This document shows, one piece after another, positions 23,927 to 36,972 of a stretch of DNA of 64,000 nucleotides. The first letter of the stretch is position 1. Every line of letters begins with the position of its first letter. The stretch is from the human T2T-CHM13v2.0 reference genome, Homo sapiens. Made by a program: the position numbers and the translations under genes. The notes beneath the pieces were generated by a model, which had not been told where the DNA came from, did no database searches, and was given only the letters and a program-made list of their open reading frames with translations. Location: NCBI RefSeq assembly GCF_009914755.1, contig NC_060926.1, one strand, 5' to 3'.

Positions 23927-24471
23927 CTCATGCAGCCAAACACCCTCGCTGGTCAATCTCCTTACAGTGGGCCTGAAGCTCTGAAATGTTTTTCTGGTCT
24001 GAAGATTTTGAATCTTCCCTTGACAGAACAGTCAAGCCATACTACTCAATTTTAAAGTGGCTGGTGACATCCGTATCTCCTAAGGCAAAGTGTTCTAGTT
24101 AATGATTTGCCACTTCTGCTAGGTGTGCACACTTAATTGAGGCTCTGTATGAGTCTGATGCTGAGATTAGAAGTCCAAAAGTCACCAGAAATTATTACCT
24201 GGCATAACCTCGTTTTCTTAATTACAAAGAAAAATTAAATATCTTCTTTCCTTGGCTAACAAAATAGAGAATGTATGTGGGCCATAGGCCTGGGAAATTT
24301 AAGATGTGATCTGTCTGTTGGATTTTATTCTTATTCTGATCCCCAGACTTCTCACTAAGGAGAGAGAAGTCCATTTATTAGCTCTGGAAGGCAACATGAT
24401 TCTGTGGTAAAAGCATGGATTTTAGAGTCAGATACATTTTAAATCCCAGCTTCATTGCACACAGCTGTGTA

Positions 24472-24938
24472 TCAGCCCCGCATCATGTGTGTGCGGTAGC
24501 ACAAGGCCCCATCAAAACAGGCAGTGCCCCTGTGGTTTAATGCCCTGCAGTTGCTGCTTTGAGATTCTTCATAATTTTACTTTCGAATTTGTGGTTCATA
24601 AGTGAAGCCCAATGGGACGCTGGAGCAAGCCCTGGGTCGCTGGCCTTCTCACCTCCTGCTACTTCCACCCCTCCAGGGAACCACTTTGCTGCTCCTCCAC
24701 TCCTGCCCAGTCACGGCTGCTGCTGCTGCCCCTGCAGGGTCTGGATGCAGGCATGGGAGGCATCGGGGTTGGCACCTGCTCCCAGGGAGTGTGACATTAA
24801 ATAGCAAACAAAAGCACACCATGCAGGTCAAGAGGGAGACCACAGAAGAAAAGAAATAGCTTTTTTTTTTTCCTTTTTCCATAAAGCAGCTGCATTTTGA
24901 TTTTGTCCTGGGCATCACAAATTTTGTAGCTGACCCTA
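24472..24938 (+). mobile_element. MER115-like hAT-Tip100 DNA transposon
   Basis: GGTTTAATGCCCTGC...GAGATTCTTCATAATTTT and the end CACAAATTTTGTAGCTGACCCT. 8-bp hAT-type TSD GCTGTGTA / GCTGTACA. Confidence 0.8.
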
Positions 24939-25179
24939 GCTGTACAACTCTAGGAATGTTCCTTAGCCATTTGATTTTCTGTGTATCCATCAGAGTAATG
25001 GTTCAAGCAGAAAAGCACCCTAAGATATGCCTGTGTGTATGTGTTTATAAATATATAAATATTTGTGTGGATGTGTACTTATGCATATATGTGAGTCCAG
25101 TGCATACATAGGTGACATAAGACTTCAGAGATTGTTTAACTGCTTACAACAATAGTAGTATACCTTTACCAGCACAGGG

Positions 25180-25510
25180 CAGAATGGCTGTAAGAACTTC
25201 AAGGTTGCTGAACCTGTCACTGTGGAAGAGTGTAGAAATGGACCACTGGGCAGATATTCCCTCTTTAGGGGAGCACAGCTACTGCCACACTTTGACCCAG
25301 CAGGGGTGGGCTGGTGATTGCATTCACCGACTTTTCTCCTCTGATTCTCTCACCTCATGCTGGTGCCTTCTTCTGATAGAAAAAGGACCAGCAGCCCCAC
25401 TGCAGGGACCACAGTTGACGTGGTCCCTGGAGGCCAGCCTTCCAGGGATGGAGTGGGGTGAGGAGGTTGGCTAGTAGATCTGTAGGGCAAATAAAGAATG
25501 CCCAGCTCAC
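25180..25510 (-). mobile_element. LTR33-like ERVL LTR fragment
   Basis: GAGGCCAGCCTTCCAGGG...GTAGATCTGTAGGGCAAATAAAGAATGCCCAGC matches the antisense LTR33 5' end. Confidence 0.55.
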
Positions 25511-26786
25511 CTTTAGCAGGGTTGCTTTGAAGATTACATAAGATGAAATAAGTAAAACCCTTTATAACTGGAAAGACAGAGGCATCTATTATTACCGTTA
25601 AGATGATTCATCTCTATGGAGAAACTGGAGCAAGTTTGAGTTCAGGTAGTGGGATTGGAAGAGTAAAGAAAGTTCTGCGGCATTCCTGATTCCGTCATAG
25701 CACCATGCTCAGAAATGGTGATGTCATGTTAAGGTACAAAATAAAATTCCAGTGACACAGCCTCAAAATTAGTAACACAGAGATGGGGGTGTTGCGACAT
25801 CTGGGTTCTCATTCTGGCTCTGACACCTTTCTGCAGAACAATCACACAAGTCACTTGCCTCCTCTCCTCCCCTCCTTACTCGTCTTTGAGAAGGGCGGGC
25901 TAGTTACAGGCTGCTTGTGAGGATTGGAGAGATATCTAGAAACTGCTCTGATACAAGCCACAGCTTTTATGAGCGAGTCTTTTCCTGGGCCAAGCATGGA
26001 AATCTAGGTTGGTGGGTCTCTGAAGCAGTTGGTTGTCCCTAAACAGCGACTTCATTTCCGGAGCTACTTTTTAAGTGTTGGTGAAAACACAAATAACTGG
26101 AGACTGTGAAGTCTTTTAGCGCCGGGACCTGTGGGGCAGTAACCTCCAACAGGTAGAGTGAAATGACATCCTTTCTCTCCACGCCTGAGTGTTCCTATGG
26201 CACCAGTTGCTTGTAATGGGTGAAGAAAAAATTGAACTCGTTTCTCCTGAGACACACATACGAAAGCTGACTCTAAGAAAGAAAAACTGAAATGTGGACC
26301 ATCTTATTTAGTTCCAGTTAAAGAGAGATGTGTTTAAAGCACTCTGATGTGTGGCCTTAAAAAAGGATGGGGCTGCCTCTTAAGGCAGAATCACACGAGC
26401 ACATAGAAATAAAAATCAAAGCAGTTATCATATTTAATTTTCTTACTGACTAGATTCATTTTGCATTAGCAGGGGATGGCGAAGGAGAGGGACTGGAAAT
26501 GCATTATGTTCTTATTTGGGTCATTTCCTTGTGCTTTGGGGAACTTTCTCTTGTCAGCGTGCACATGCATGCCGGGGGTGGGCGTGAGCTGGCCCCATGC
26601 ACTCACTGGCTTCTTTCTCGGTGTCGTATGACCCAGGAGGGAGTCTGCAGCATGGGGTGATTCTCCACATAGAGAGTCATTCACCACTCTCAACCCCGTC
26701 TCCAGGTACTTCCTGTGTTCATTTGAGAAGAGGCAGCTGACTTAAAGCCTCATTTCTAAGCAGACTATTAGAAAACATGTCCGCAT

Positions 26787-27109
<323 letters not shown>

Positions 27110-27439
27110 AGAAAACATGTGGGTACAAACAGGAAGAGAGAGGGCGAGGGGGGCATCCTGGTTGGAGACAGCTGGACTCACACATGCACTTTGTAGCCAC
27201 TCACCATAAAGGCAGCCCCAAAGGCTCTGAGAGCTGGAGGGGGTGTAAGAGATCCTATCCTGGAAAGCTCCCATTTCATACACAGGCAGACAGCCTGTGA
27301 GGTGAATGGGGTGACGTGGGGCTGGAAGAGAAGGGCAAGGGTCAAAGGAAAGCATTTTACCTCCTTTAGAAACCATCATGCCCCCAAACCTAAAACTTAG
27401 GGACCACCGCTGCCTTCATCCATTTGTCACCTAATTCTC

Positions 27440-28240
27440 TAATATTCCAGTCTTAGTATCTTTTGAGCCCATTTTATTCTTGCCCTGTCTATTGCCACTG
27501 CCTTAGCTTCTGGCCTCCCTCATTTTTCATTTAAATGACTGCAAGTCTTCACCCTCAGCTTTCTAAAATGCAGGTCCGGAGACTTTACTGTTCTTGCTAT
27601 ATTTCCTCAACATTCCCACACCATTCTCAAGACAAATCCCAAGGGTGTGAGCATAGGACAAAGGGCCCTCTCCATGATTTAACTGGCTTTTAAGACTCCA
27701 GTTGCACCACATTACATATTTGCCAGGCACAGTTCTAAGTTCTTTACAAATGTTAGATCATTTACTCCTCAAATAACCTTGGGTGATGTGTATTTTTATT
27801 GTCTCTACAGAGGAGAAAACTGAGACACAGAGAGGTTCAGTGATTTTCCAAAGGTCACACAGCCAGTAAGGAGCAGGGCTGGGACTTCGACCAGACATCT
27901 GCTGGCAGAGTCGGTGCTTTTAGCCCTGGCACCTGCTGGTGTGGAGTGCTCTGTATGAATCAGACCCTTCCTCACCTCTGGCACTGTACACAGGCTGTTT
28001 CCTCACTTTGAAGCAACCTTTGCTCCTTTCTTTGCCTGAGCATATTCTGTTTGTTTTTCCAGATTCACCTCAAGTACCACACAGTGTCTTTCATAAAACA
28101 AGACCCTGTCTTACTTGGTTTCTGTGACACATTATACCAGATTGAAATTACTGATTAATTTGTCTGTGTTTCCCCAGACAACCTGTGTGTCTCTCAAGGT
28201 TAGGGACAGTTTCTACCTTTCTCTCACTTGCAACTGAATC
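27440..28240 (+). mobile_element. L2 fragments with a nested antisense MIR (about 27700-27930)
   Basis: L2-like CT-rich blocks around GAAAACTGAGACACAGAGAGGTTCAGTGATTTTCCAAAGGTCACACAGCCAGTAAG. Confidence 0.65.
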
Positions 28241-29477
28241 ATGGGGGCACGGAATGAAGGATGGTGCAAATGGTCTTTCAATTCTTGTCTCTGACTGTTC
28301 AGATCAGACGAGTTACTTATCTCTGAGATGCTTTTTATAATAGAGGTAAACAGAGTTCTTCCTACAGCACAGCTATTGTGAAAAGCAAGTTAAATGATGA
28401 CTATAAACCCATAGCCCTGGTCTGGCACATAATAGATACACCACAAAGCCCCCTCTGTTGAGTCAGTCTGGTGTCCTTGCAATCCATCCTCCACTACACT
28501 CATTTTTTTCTAAGCTCATTTCTCCATCTGGACTCATGCTTGCTATCAAGGATGATCTCCCCACTTCTACCATCACAATTATAAAAATTCAAATCCACCT
28601 GTCCACTAAGCCTTCCTTAACTGTGTAGCTCGCTTTGGTCTCTCCCTGTTTCCTAAAACATATTCTCAGTGTCAACATTCTCTGGAATGGTCCCCATCAT
28701 GCCCGCTGCCCCCCTGCCTGAAAATTTTGACTGTGGATTTATGTCTCTTATATTCTCAATGAGGTTGTATCCTCTCAAGTGATCAAGGCTATAATTTTTA
28801 TTTCTTTACCATATTTACAACTCTAGGAGAATGACACGTGTTCTCCAAATAGTAAATACTTGCAGAGCTAAAGTGAATTGAAGTGAATTCCTTTCCCAGG
28901 TACTTTGCTGCCTCCTAGTGTTGTGGTGAGGCTCCAGGCTGAGAGAAGTTTCCTCTGAGCTCCAGCTCAGCCAGCACCCTTCTGAGTGATGAACACTGTT
29001 GCAGACCATAGACCTGAGACAGCTGGCTGCGGTTTGACACAGTTTAGAAGATGCTACTACATCAGAGGCCTCTCTTGTCCATTGGGTCCCTTGTAGTGGA
29101 CCCCTTTGCTTTACTCCTGAACTGAGTATCAGTAGGGCATCTGTGCAGGGCTTTTAAAGACTTCTTTCCTCTCTCAAATACCTCCCTTCTTCCCAGTTTC
29201 TGACCTGGTTACTGTTTGGAGTTTTTAATTCCCTCTGATCTTAAGGTTATATTGCAGTTCATGTTAACATTCAAATACTATTGAGAAAAATAAAACATAA
29301 ATTTTCCAGTTATCTAGATTGTAAATGAATTTATGATCCTGACGAGAAAAAGGCATGAAAGGTACCCACTCTATGAAAAAGTAAAATGGGGCCACGTTAA
29401 TGAGACAGAAAGCACAAGAAGCAGAAAGCCTTGTGTATGTCATAGATTAACCAGAAGTTGTTTCGGCTAGGTACCGG

Positions 29478-29685
29478 CAGAGACAACATGGTACAGTGGA
29501 AGGAACATGGATTTTGGTGTAAACACTGAATTCAAATCCCAGCTTTTTCAGCTGTTAGCTCTGTGGTGTGTTAAGTCTCTCAGATCCTCAGTTTTGTTGC
29601 CAGTGCAGTAGGGCAGCGATGCGTAGCTCAGAGTGTGTCATGAGGATTGGATGAGACAATATATGCCAAGGCAATTAATACGATG
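29478..29685 (+). mobile_element. MIR SINE
   Basis: CAACATGGTACAGTGGAAGGAACATGGATTTTGG...TTCAAATCCCAGCT...CCTCAGTTTT. Confidence 0.7.
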
Positions 29686-29938
29686 CTAAGGGGTTTGTGT
29701 TTTTGAAATGCAAAGAGTTTAGTTTTGTATTGATTCCCATTACAAGTTGCTCCTGTATTTTCCGGCTGTCTAGTCCATTCACACATCTTCATCTCTTAGG
29801 GAAAAGACATGGTGTCTTTAATGTTCTCTGAATTAGCACAGTGCCTGGCACTTAGGGTTGTAGTAACAATTATGGAATAAACGTAATGCCTACAGCTAAA
29901 GATGCTGAAACTCTGTGACTTTCCATTATACATTCTTT

Positions 29939-30246
29939 TTTCTTTCTCTTTTTCTTTTTTTTTTAGACCAAGTCTTACTCTTATTGCCCAGGTTGCAGTG
30001 CAGTGGCCCCAACTTGGATCACTGCAACCTCCGTCTCCCAGGTTCAAGCAATTCTCATGCCTCAGCCTCCCGAGTAGCTGGGATTACAAGTGTCCACCAA
30101 CACACCTGGCTAATTTTTTTATTTTTAGTAGAGATGGGGTTTCACCATGTTGGCCAGGATGGTCTCGAACTCCTGACCTCAGGTGATCCACCCACCTTCG
30201 CCTCCCAAAGTGCTGGAATTACAGGCGTGAGCCACTGCACCTTGCC
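29939..30246 (-). mobile_element. AluSq-like
   Basis: CTCTTATTGCCCAGG start. Perfect 15-bp TSD CATTATACATTCTTT at 29924-29938 and 30247-30261. Confidence 0.96.
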
Positions 30247-31224
30247 CATTATACATTCTTTCTATTCTCAGTTTTTATCTTTAATATTTTAGAGTCGGAG
30301 ACTAATGACTCCCACATCAGCACCCCAATTAAATAGACTTTTTCCTGTTTATCACCTTTCCTTTAATTTCCTCATTCAAAGCATTATTCAGTTGTCCTCT
30401 CCTCTTGCTGCTTAAGCCTCTCACCAGCTCTCAGTCAATGCTCCCAGATGCAGCTTTCATTGCATGTGATGTTGTTTAATTTCACTTGTCTTATCTATAA
30501 TCACATCAAGCCATTTATTTGTTAATAGGCTGTTTGGTGGCTTCACAGTTGGAATTGCTGTACATCACATTTCATTTCCACAAGGACATCCTTTATGCCG
30601 GTCTGCCTTATGTGGCATTCGTCTCTTCCTCTTGCCAGGCTGGGCCAGCTTCTCCCGCTGTACCTTCCACATCAGCTGTTCATTTTCCCCCTGCTGCTGT
30701 CACTGATAATTTCCAGGTTAAATCTTATAAGTGGAAATTGGATCCACAGCTGGAGTTGAAACGCAGCTCCTTGGAGTTATTACCACAGTCTGTTCCCGGG
30801 TAGGTGGGAAAGTTGAAGATGATAGATTTCCAGTGCCTGGGAATAACAATGCTGTCCCTCTAACCACAACTAAGGTGAGATTACTTTCCCCTGGGGAGAG
30901 CGATATTTTTACCTTTTCACTCTGAGTTTACATCAGGGGGATTCAAGAGAGGCGAGTGGTTTTTCAGTAGTTTTCTGTTATTTTATGAGAGATGAGTTAA
31001 AGTGATAATGTAGGCTGGACAGCAAATAAGTTATAAGTGATTGACCAGCCTTTTAGGCTGTCAGCTATCTCAAATAGAGGCTTTCTTTATTTTTTTTTCC
31101 ACAGTAGAAACATTTGATTTATTTGATTCAAACAGTAGAAGTATGAGAGGATCAAATAAATAGGTTTGTTCAAGAAAAAAAAATATTTTAGTATTTCATG
31201 CTTTCAAAGCCTATGCCATAACCT

Positions 31225-31480
31225 TTGAATTATTCAGCAATAATTAATTCAACAACTATTTACTGAGCAGCTTCCACTGTTTCAGGATTGGAAATATCAG
31301 CGCAATAGATCACACAAGATTCCATCTTTTTGAAGCTGGGCTTCTAGTGGACAAGACTGATAATAACAAGACAAGATACATAAGATGATTTCCAATGTAC
31401 TAGGAAGAAAAGAAAACAGGAAAATGTGAGACCATCTTGGGTGAGATCATCAGGAACAACTTTTCATAGGAGAGTTGATG
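31225..31480 (-). mobile_element. L2 3' end fragment
   Basis: ATTCAACAACTATTTACTGAGC...TTCTAGTGGACAAGACTGATAATAACAAG. Confidence 0.6.
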
Positions 31481-32689
31481 TTAGTGAATCCATAATTGCT
31501 AAAGGAGATTTGAGTAATTAAAAGGGGTCCGGGTTGATCTATATCTCTATTTCTTTTCTCTCCATCCCATGCTTTCCTCTCTGACCCACCCCAGCCCCTA
31601 GTAACCATCCTGAGGTCAGAAATATCAAGATACCTTAAGGGGCTTTCTCCTTAAGATGTCAACAACATCCACTGAGGACTGAATAGAAGATGCCAGCGCT
31701 TGGCTCAGGTGCAGGGGATGGCAAGAGCTGAGCTCTGGGCTGTGAGGAGTTCTGGTTCTGGTCTGGCCTCATCACTGGGGCTGTGTCACCTTGGGCAGGT
31801 CTTGCCCCCTTTCTGGGCCTTAGCCTTCATTTTCATTTGTGAAGTCAGTGTGATCAGATGATGTATGAAATTTCAGAATCGTATAGAAGATAACCTACCT
31901 ATTACCTTAAACAGTCCGCGTGGGAGGAGAAGGTAGCAATAGTTGACATGAGGTTGTGAGGGATCAAAATGAGGCTCTCAGTGCTACCCTACACCCCTCA
32001 ACTTTGTCACACTGAATCTGACCTGGAAGGTACATGTAGGGACAGTTTCTTATAGAGAACACACTATCTAATAAGTGGAGACATGGCATGTCCTCAAAAC
32101 ATCTCCCTTATTGCCCATTCCGGGCTTTAACATCTGCCCCTTCCAATTACTTTGACTCTTCAAAGGTTTTCAGTGCACCTTAAATGGTTTGTACATCTTC
32201 TGCCCCCTTGGATACAACAGCATGCACGGACATTTGCTTTTCTGATTAATCCCTTTGCTACCACCCTCAACTCAAAGCATTACAGGTAGGAAAATGGACT
32301 CAAAGATATACAGGTTAATAAAGAGAAGAGGGGAAGAGCCAGGAGCACAAGCAGTGTCCACGGGCTGCTGGTCCCAGCCAGTGAGTGAGCAAACATAATG
32401 GACCTGGGCATCGAGGTTGGGAGAATGCTGAAAAAGAAATGCCAAAGTCAATTTAAGCCATGTTATCCTATTTCCTGGGATTGGTGCTGGGTACTGAACA
32501 GAGGCTCTCAGCCAACCCCTACCTCACCCAGAGCACAGTATAGAGTATAGACACTGTCTTGTACACACTCAGAATACAATAGTGATGTGTTTCTGTGTGC
32601 AGCCCTGGACTGTGTGAAGTGGCTTCTCCTGGACATGTCAACTCTCCTTGCTTGTGGCAGGACATCAAAATTGGTTAGACTGAAAGTGT

Positions 32690-33631
32690 CTAATGAGCTA
32701 CTCCCATATGCCAAGCACCATTTTCAGCAACAGGGACTCAGCAGTGAACAAGACTGGCAAGATCTCCACCTTCAAGGGTCTTATATTGTAGTGGGGAAGA
32801 CAGGAAAAAATAGGCACATAAAGAAAAGCAAATCAATACATTTCAGTTGCTGATGAAGAATGTAATGTGGATAAGAAATAACTGTATGGGTATTTGTGTT
32901 GCTTTACCCTGCATGATTGGGAAAGTCTCTCTGAGGGATAGATATTTGAGTTCATTCATTCAACAGAGATAATTAAGTACCTTCTATGCTGCAGGCCCTT
33001 TTCTAGGCAGAAAGGATTCATTAATGAATAAACCAAACAGCCCCATACACAGGGAGCCTTCTTTCAGCAAGAAGAGACAAAGAAAAAATATTTAAAGTGT
33101 AATTTTTTATAATAGGTATAATAAACTTCATATTTAATGATGTATAACTGATATATAGGAACAGTAATCATTCTTATTGCTTTATTGAGCAATGCACATC
33201 ATATATAAGTGTAGTTGTAACCCAAATACTAAGAGGGTGGAGCCACTTAAAGATTTGGATAAAGCACGTCCCAAGAAGAACATAGTATCCTCAAGGCACA
33301 AGTAACATCCTATGTGATGGAACACTTGGGCCAGGAAGGCATGGATGGGAAGATAAGAGGTTGAAGAGAGAGCCAGGAGCCAGATCATCAAGCCTTGATT
33401 TCATCCAAGTTTCAAGGGAAAAGCCTGGGAAAGTTTTAAGGAGATGGCAGAAGGAATTGGAGAGATCTGATTTAAGGTTTAGAAGATTCTCTCTGGCAGT
33501 TGGTGGAGCATCAACTTAGGGACAAGAAGGGCAGCAGGGAGATGGGTGAGGGAGCTGCTACAGAGGTCTAGAAGAGAGAGGGTGGTGACTTGAACTAGGG
33601 CTGTAGCAGGAGAAACAGTGATACATAGATG

Positions 33632-33676
<45 letters not shown>

Positions 33677-34440
33677 CAAATAATAGATGATAGATGAGTA
33701 AATAGATAATAGATAGATAGAAATAGGTAGATAGATAGATGTAGACCTGACAGCGTAACTACTGAATTGGTTGTAGGATGGGAAGGAAAAGGAGAAATTA
33801 AGGTTTTCCCCTAGGTTTGGCCTGAAGAGTTGGGTGAATGTTGGGGCCATTTATAGAGAGAAGGAAGACTTTGTGGGTAGTGAAGAGGGAATTTGGAGGA
33901 CACAAGTAAATAAATAGCTCAGTGTGAGCCTTTTACAGTTTGACTTTATACAGTATGCAAATGAGGATGTGAAGTAAATAGATATGAGACTACAGTTTTG
34001 AGGAGTGGGGCTGGTATTTGGAAGGCATCAGTGGTGAAATGGCATTTAAGCTAGGGGGAGGATGAGAGCAACTAAAGAAAGTGTATACATAGAGAAGAGG
34101 TTTGAAGACTGAGTTCTGGGACATTTTCAGATTTGGAGGTCTAATAGATGATGGAGTCCCAGCAAAGGAGGGCAAGAAAGAGTGGATTTTGACAGAGGAA
34201 GAAAACTGAGTGTAGCATAGTAAAATTCTAGATTCATGGGAAATGTTGCTGAAAAGGTAAGATGACAGAGAATTAAACATTTTCCTTGAGAAGGGATACA
34301 GTTACCGATTACCTTTAAAGAGTGTGGTGGAGGACCAAAACCAACTGGAGTGGGGTGAGGAGAAAAAATAGAAATTAGGGAGTGTCAACAGATAGCAAAG
34401 ACAGCTTTTTTTTTTTTTTTTTAAGAATTTTGCTTAGAAG
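32690..34440 (-). mobile_element. L2 LINE region (at least two copies)
   Basis: CAGCAGTGAACAAGAC; a second 3' end TTCATTCATTCAACA at 32950; GATCTGATTTAAGGTTTAGAAGATTCTCTCTGGCAG. Confidence 0.8.
33636..33740. repeat. (TA)n microsatellite followed by degenerate (TAGA)n
   Basis: Pure TA run 33636-33673, then TAGATGATAGAT...AGATAGAT. Confidence 0.92.
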
Positions 34441-35689
34441 TAGAGAAAAGTACTATTTGTTGGATCTCTAGTTGGAGTCAAGAGTTAAAATAAATTATAG
34501 AACAATATGTAATCATAAAGAGGTGAGAAAAGTGTGGATGAATGCTGTGGCTTCCTTTTTCTCTCTAGTAGTAGTCCCTAGTTGGTCTGCAATGAACTTT
34601 TGCAAGAACGAGAGTGGGGAAGACTCTTCATGAGGCTGATAGGCTGTAGCTCTCATGGTTTGTCTTTAACCCACAGGTAGTGAGCAAGCCATTTGCTCTC
34701 AGGGAAAATGTGGCTTTCCTGACAGCCCCAGATGATCCATCTGTCTCTGCAGCCTATAGGTGGGGCATATTGGAAACAAAGCATTTAATAAAATGTAATA
34801 GTTGTGACTCGGGACATAGAAGAGGCAGATTGAAAGAGAAGTGGAGACCAACACGCCATCTTTCCACATAAATGGCTTCAGAAAGCTGCAGACTCAGAGT
34901 GGATTTGTTCGTGCAATCCTCACCTCTCCTACTAGTTAACAAGTCGGCAAGCCAGCAGTGAGGGTTTGGTTTGTACCCTCAGTTATTAACCATTAGTATT
35001 TGTGTCATGTGCTTTTGCCTGGGAAGGTGTCCAGAGATTGGAGAGTAGTGTTCAGTCTTCAGTGGGTAGAAATTGATCAACTGTAGAAAGAAATAAGTTA
35101 TCATGGATATGTACATCAGCTGTGTCTTGTTTCTAATGGCTCGGCTCGCGACTAGCTGAAACAATGAAAGGAAAAAGTGTGGGTAATTTTCAAGTAATTG
35201 ATGTATTTGGGGCTCATGTAGGCCACAATCATGATAGTCACCTAATTTGATCCTTATCTCAGAGCCAAATCTTCTCACAGAGTTGTTGACATGGGATGTA
35301 TTTTGATCTTGATTTTGGAGTCTTGAATTCTTTTTCCAAATGTTCATTCTTCTCCCTCTGTATGTCCCTCAGCACTAGATTTTATCATCAGGCACAGAAC
35401 ATCTTTCTGAGTAATCTCTTCCATACTCCAGGTGGCGAATTAAAAACTATGTGAGGATGACTGGAAGTAAAACATTTAGGCAGTACTTGCTGCTCTGGAG
35501 ACATTCAAAGAACAATAAACACTTCTAATGTAGTATTTACTGACCTCCAGAAGTGATAGCTGATAGTGAAGACAGAGTGCCCGGGCGCTCCAGGCTATTG
35601 CTCCATGTTGAGATTGGCTGAGAGGTCTTCGGAAGTCCTCAGATTGAATGGTAGTTTCACTTTAAACCAAGCAAAAATTGTCATCAAAA

Positions 35690-36095
35690 TTCATGACTCT
35701 CTCCTACCCCAGCTTTCCTCCAACTAATTGGGCTCTCTTTCTGGTCTTGAATGCATCGAGTTTTTATTTGTCTCAGTGCCTTTGCACTTTCTGCTCTCTC
35801 TACTACAAAGCCCTTCCCAGGGCCCTACACATAGTTGGTTAGCACATTCTCGTCTTTCTGGCATCAACTTAAATACCGTCCCCATAAGGAGATAGTCTTT
35901 GAACAATCAATTTAAAGTAATCCATCCATGCCTTTTATTTTCTTTATGACACTTATCTCAACTTTGTTCATTTTGTGTCTCTTCCATCAAACAAAAAGCT
36001 CCTCTAAAGCAGAAATTTTCATCCTTCCTGCTCTATGCTGAGTGCCCAGCCCAATGGCAGACACAGCTGACACTCAGTAAATATTTGTTAAACAA
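35690..36095 (+). mobile_element. L2a 3' end
   Basis: GTCTCAGTGCCTTTGCACTTTCTGCTCTCTCT...CACTCAGTAAATATTTGTTAAA. Confidence 0.8.
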
Positions 36096-36333
36096 AATGG
36101 CAAGTGTGAGTGCTGTAGAGTATTATATGTTTAAATATTAATTTCAAAGATTTTTAAGACTTTTGTTGACTTCTTCAACACATTCTCCTCCCATGCTATA
36201 AGCATCTGGGGGCTCTTTTCCACCTCTTCCCTCTCCCATCACAATGTCTGACACATAACAGATACTAAACAAATATTTGTGGTATCCATGAGTGATTCCA
36301 ATTAATTTGTATTGGGTATTTCAATATAGTCAT

Positions 36334-36469
36334 AAGTACATCTCCATGTCCAAGTATATCTCCATGCCCAAGTATATCTCCATGTCCGAGTACATCCCCA
36401 TGTCCAAATACATCTCCATGTCGACATACGTGTCCATGTACAAGTACATTCAAGTACATCCCCATGTCC
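36334..36469. repeat. 18-bp minisatellite, about 7.5 copies of AAGTACATCTCCATGTCC
   Basis: Units start at 36334, 36352, 36370, 36388, 36406, 36424, a partial at 36442, and 36452. Confidence 0.95.
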
Positions 36470-36498
36470 CACATACACCTGAGGATACCGAAGCTTAG

Positions 36499-36972
36499 TG
36501 TGGTGGGCAGAATAATGCCCCTTCCTCATAGATGTCTATACCCTAGTCCCTGGGACCTGTGCACATTGCCTTGTATGGAAAAGGGATTTTGCAGATGTGA
36601 CTCAGGTAAGGATCCTGAAATGGGGGGATTATCCTGGATTGTACTGTTAGGTACAATATAATCACAAGAGTCCCCGCATGAGGGAAGCAGGAAGGTCAGA
36701 ACCTGAGAAGAGGCAGAGGTCAGAGTGATGCAGTTGCTCCCTGGAGGACACAAGTGAAAGAATGTGAACAACCCCTAGAAGTCAGAAAAGGCAAAGAAAT
36801 GAATTCCCCCTTAGAGATTCCAGAAGGAATGAAATCTTAGTGACATTTTGATTTTAGCCCACTGAAATCCATTTTGGACTTCTGACCTTCAGAGCTGTAG
36901 ATAATACATTTGTGGCATTTTAAGCACTAATTTTGTGGTAATTTGTCACATAAGCAACAGGAAACTCATACA
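36499..36972 (+). mobile_element. MLT1D MaLR solo LTR
   Basis: Termini TGTGGTGGGCAGAATAATG...GGAAACTCATACA with perfect 5-bp TSD CTTAG. Confidence 0.93.

Larger units (their letters stand above)
24390..25595 (+). mobile_element. MIR SINE pieces split by MER115 and LTR33-like insertions
   Basis: 5' piece 24390-24471, middle from 24939, 3' piece about 25510-25595, in colinear order. Confidence 0.55.

Noticed and set aside
25403-25429. 10-bp hairpin CAGGGACCAC-N7-GTGGTCCCTG as terminator or pre-miRNA
   Set aside because: Too short for a pre-miRNA, lies within an LTR33-like fragment, and intrinsic terminators are not relevant in this genome.
29796-30292. 83-125 aa ORFs
   Set aside because: Typical Alu-derived reading frames. 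The same applies to ORFs at 19587, 22288, 26958, 40554, 48125 and 58485.
36334-36469. CRISPR-like array or p53 response element array
   Set aside because: Units are head-to-tail with no unique spacers and there are no cas genes. The CATG/CAAG cores do not form RRRCWWGYYY half-sites at 10-bp spacing.
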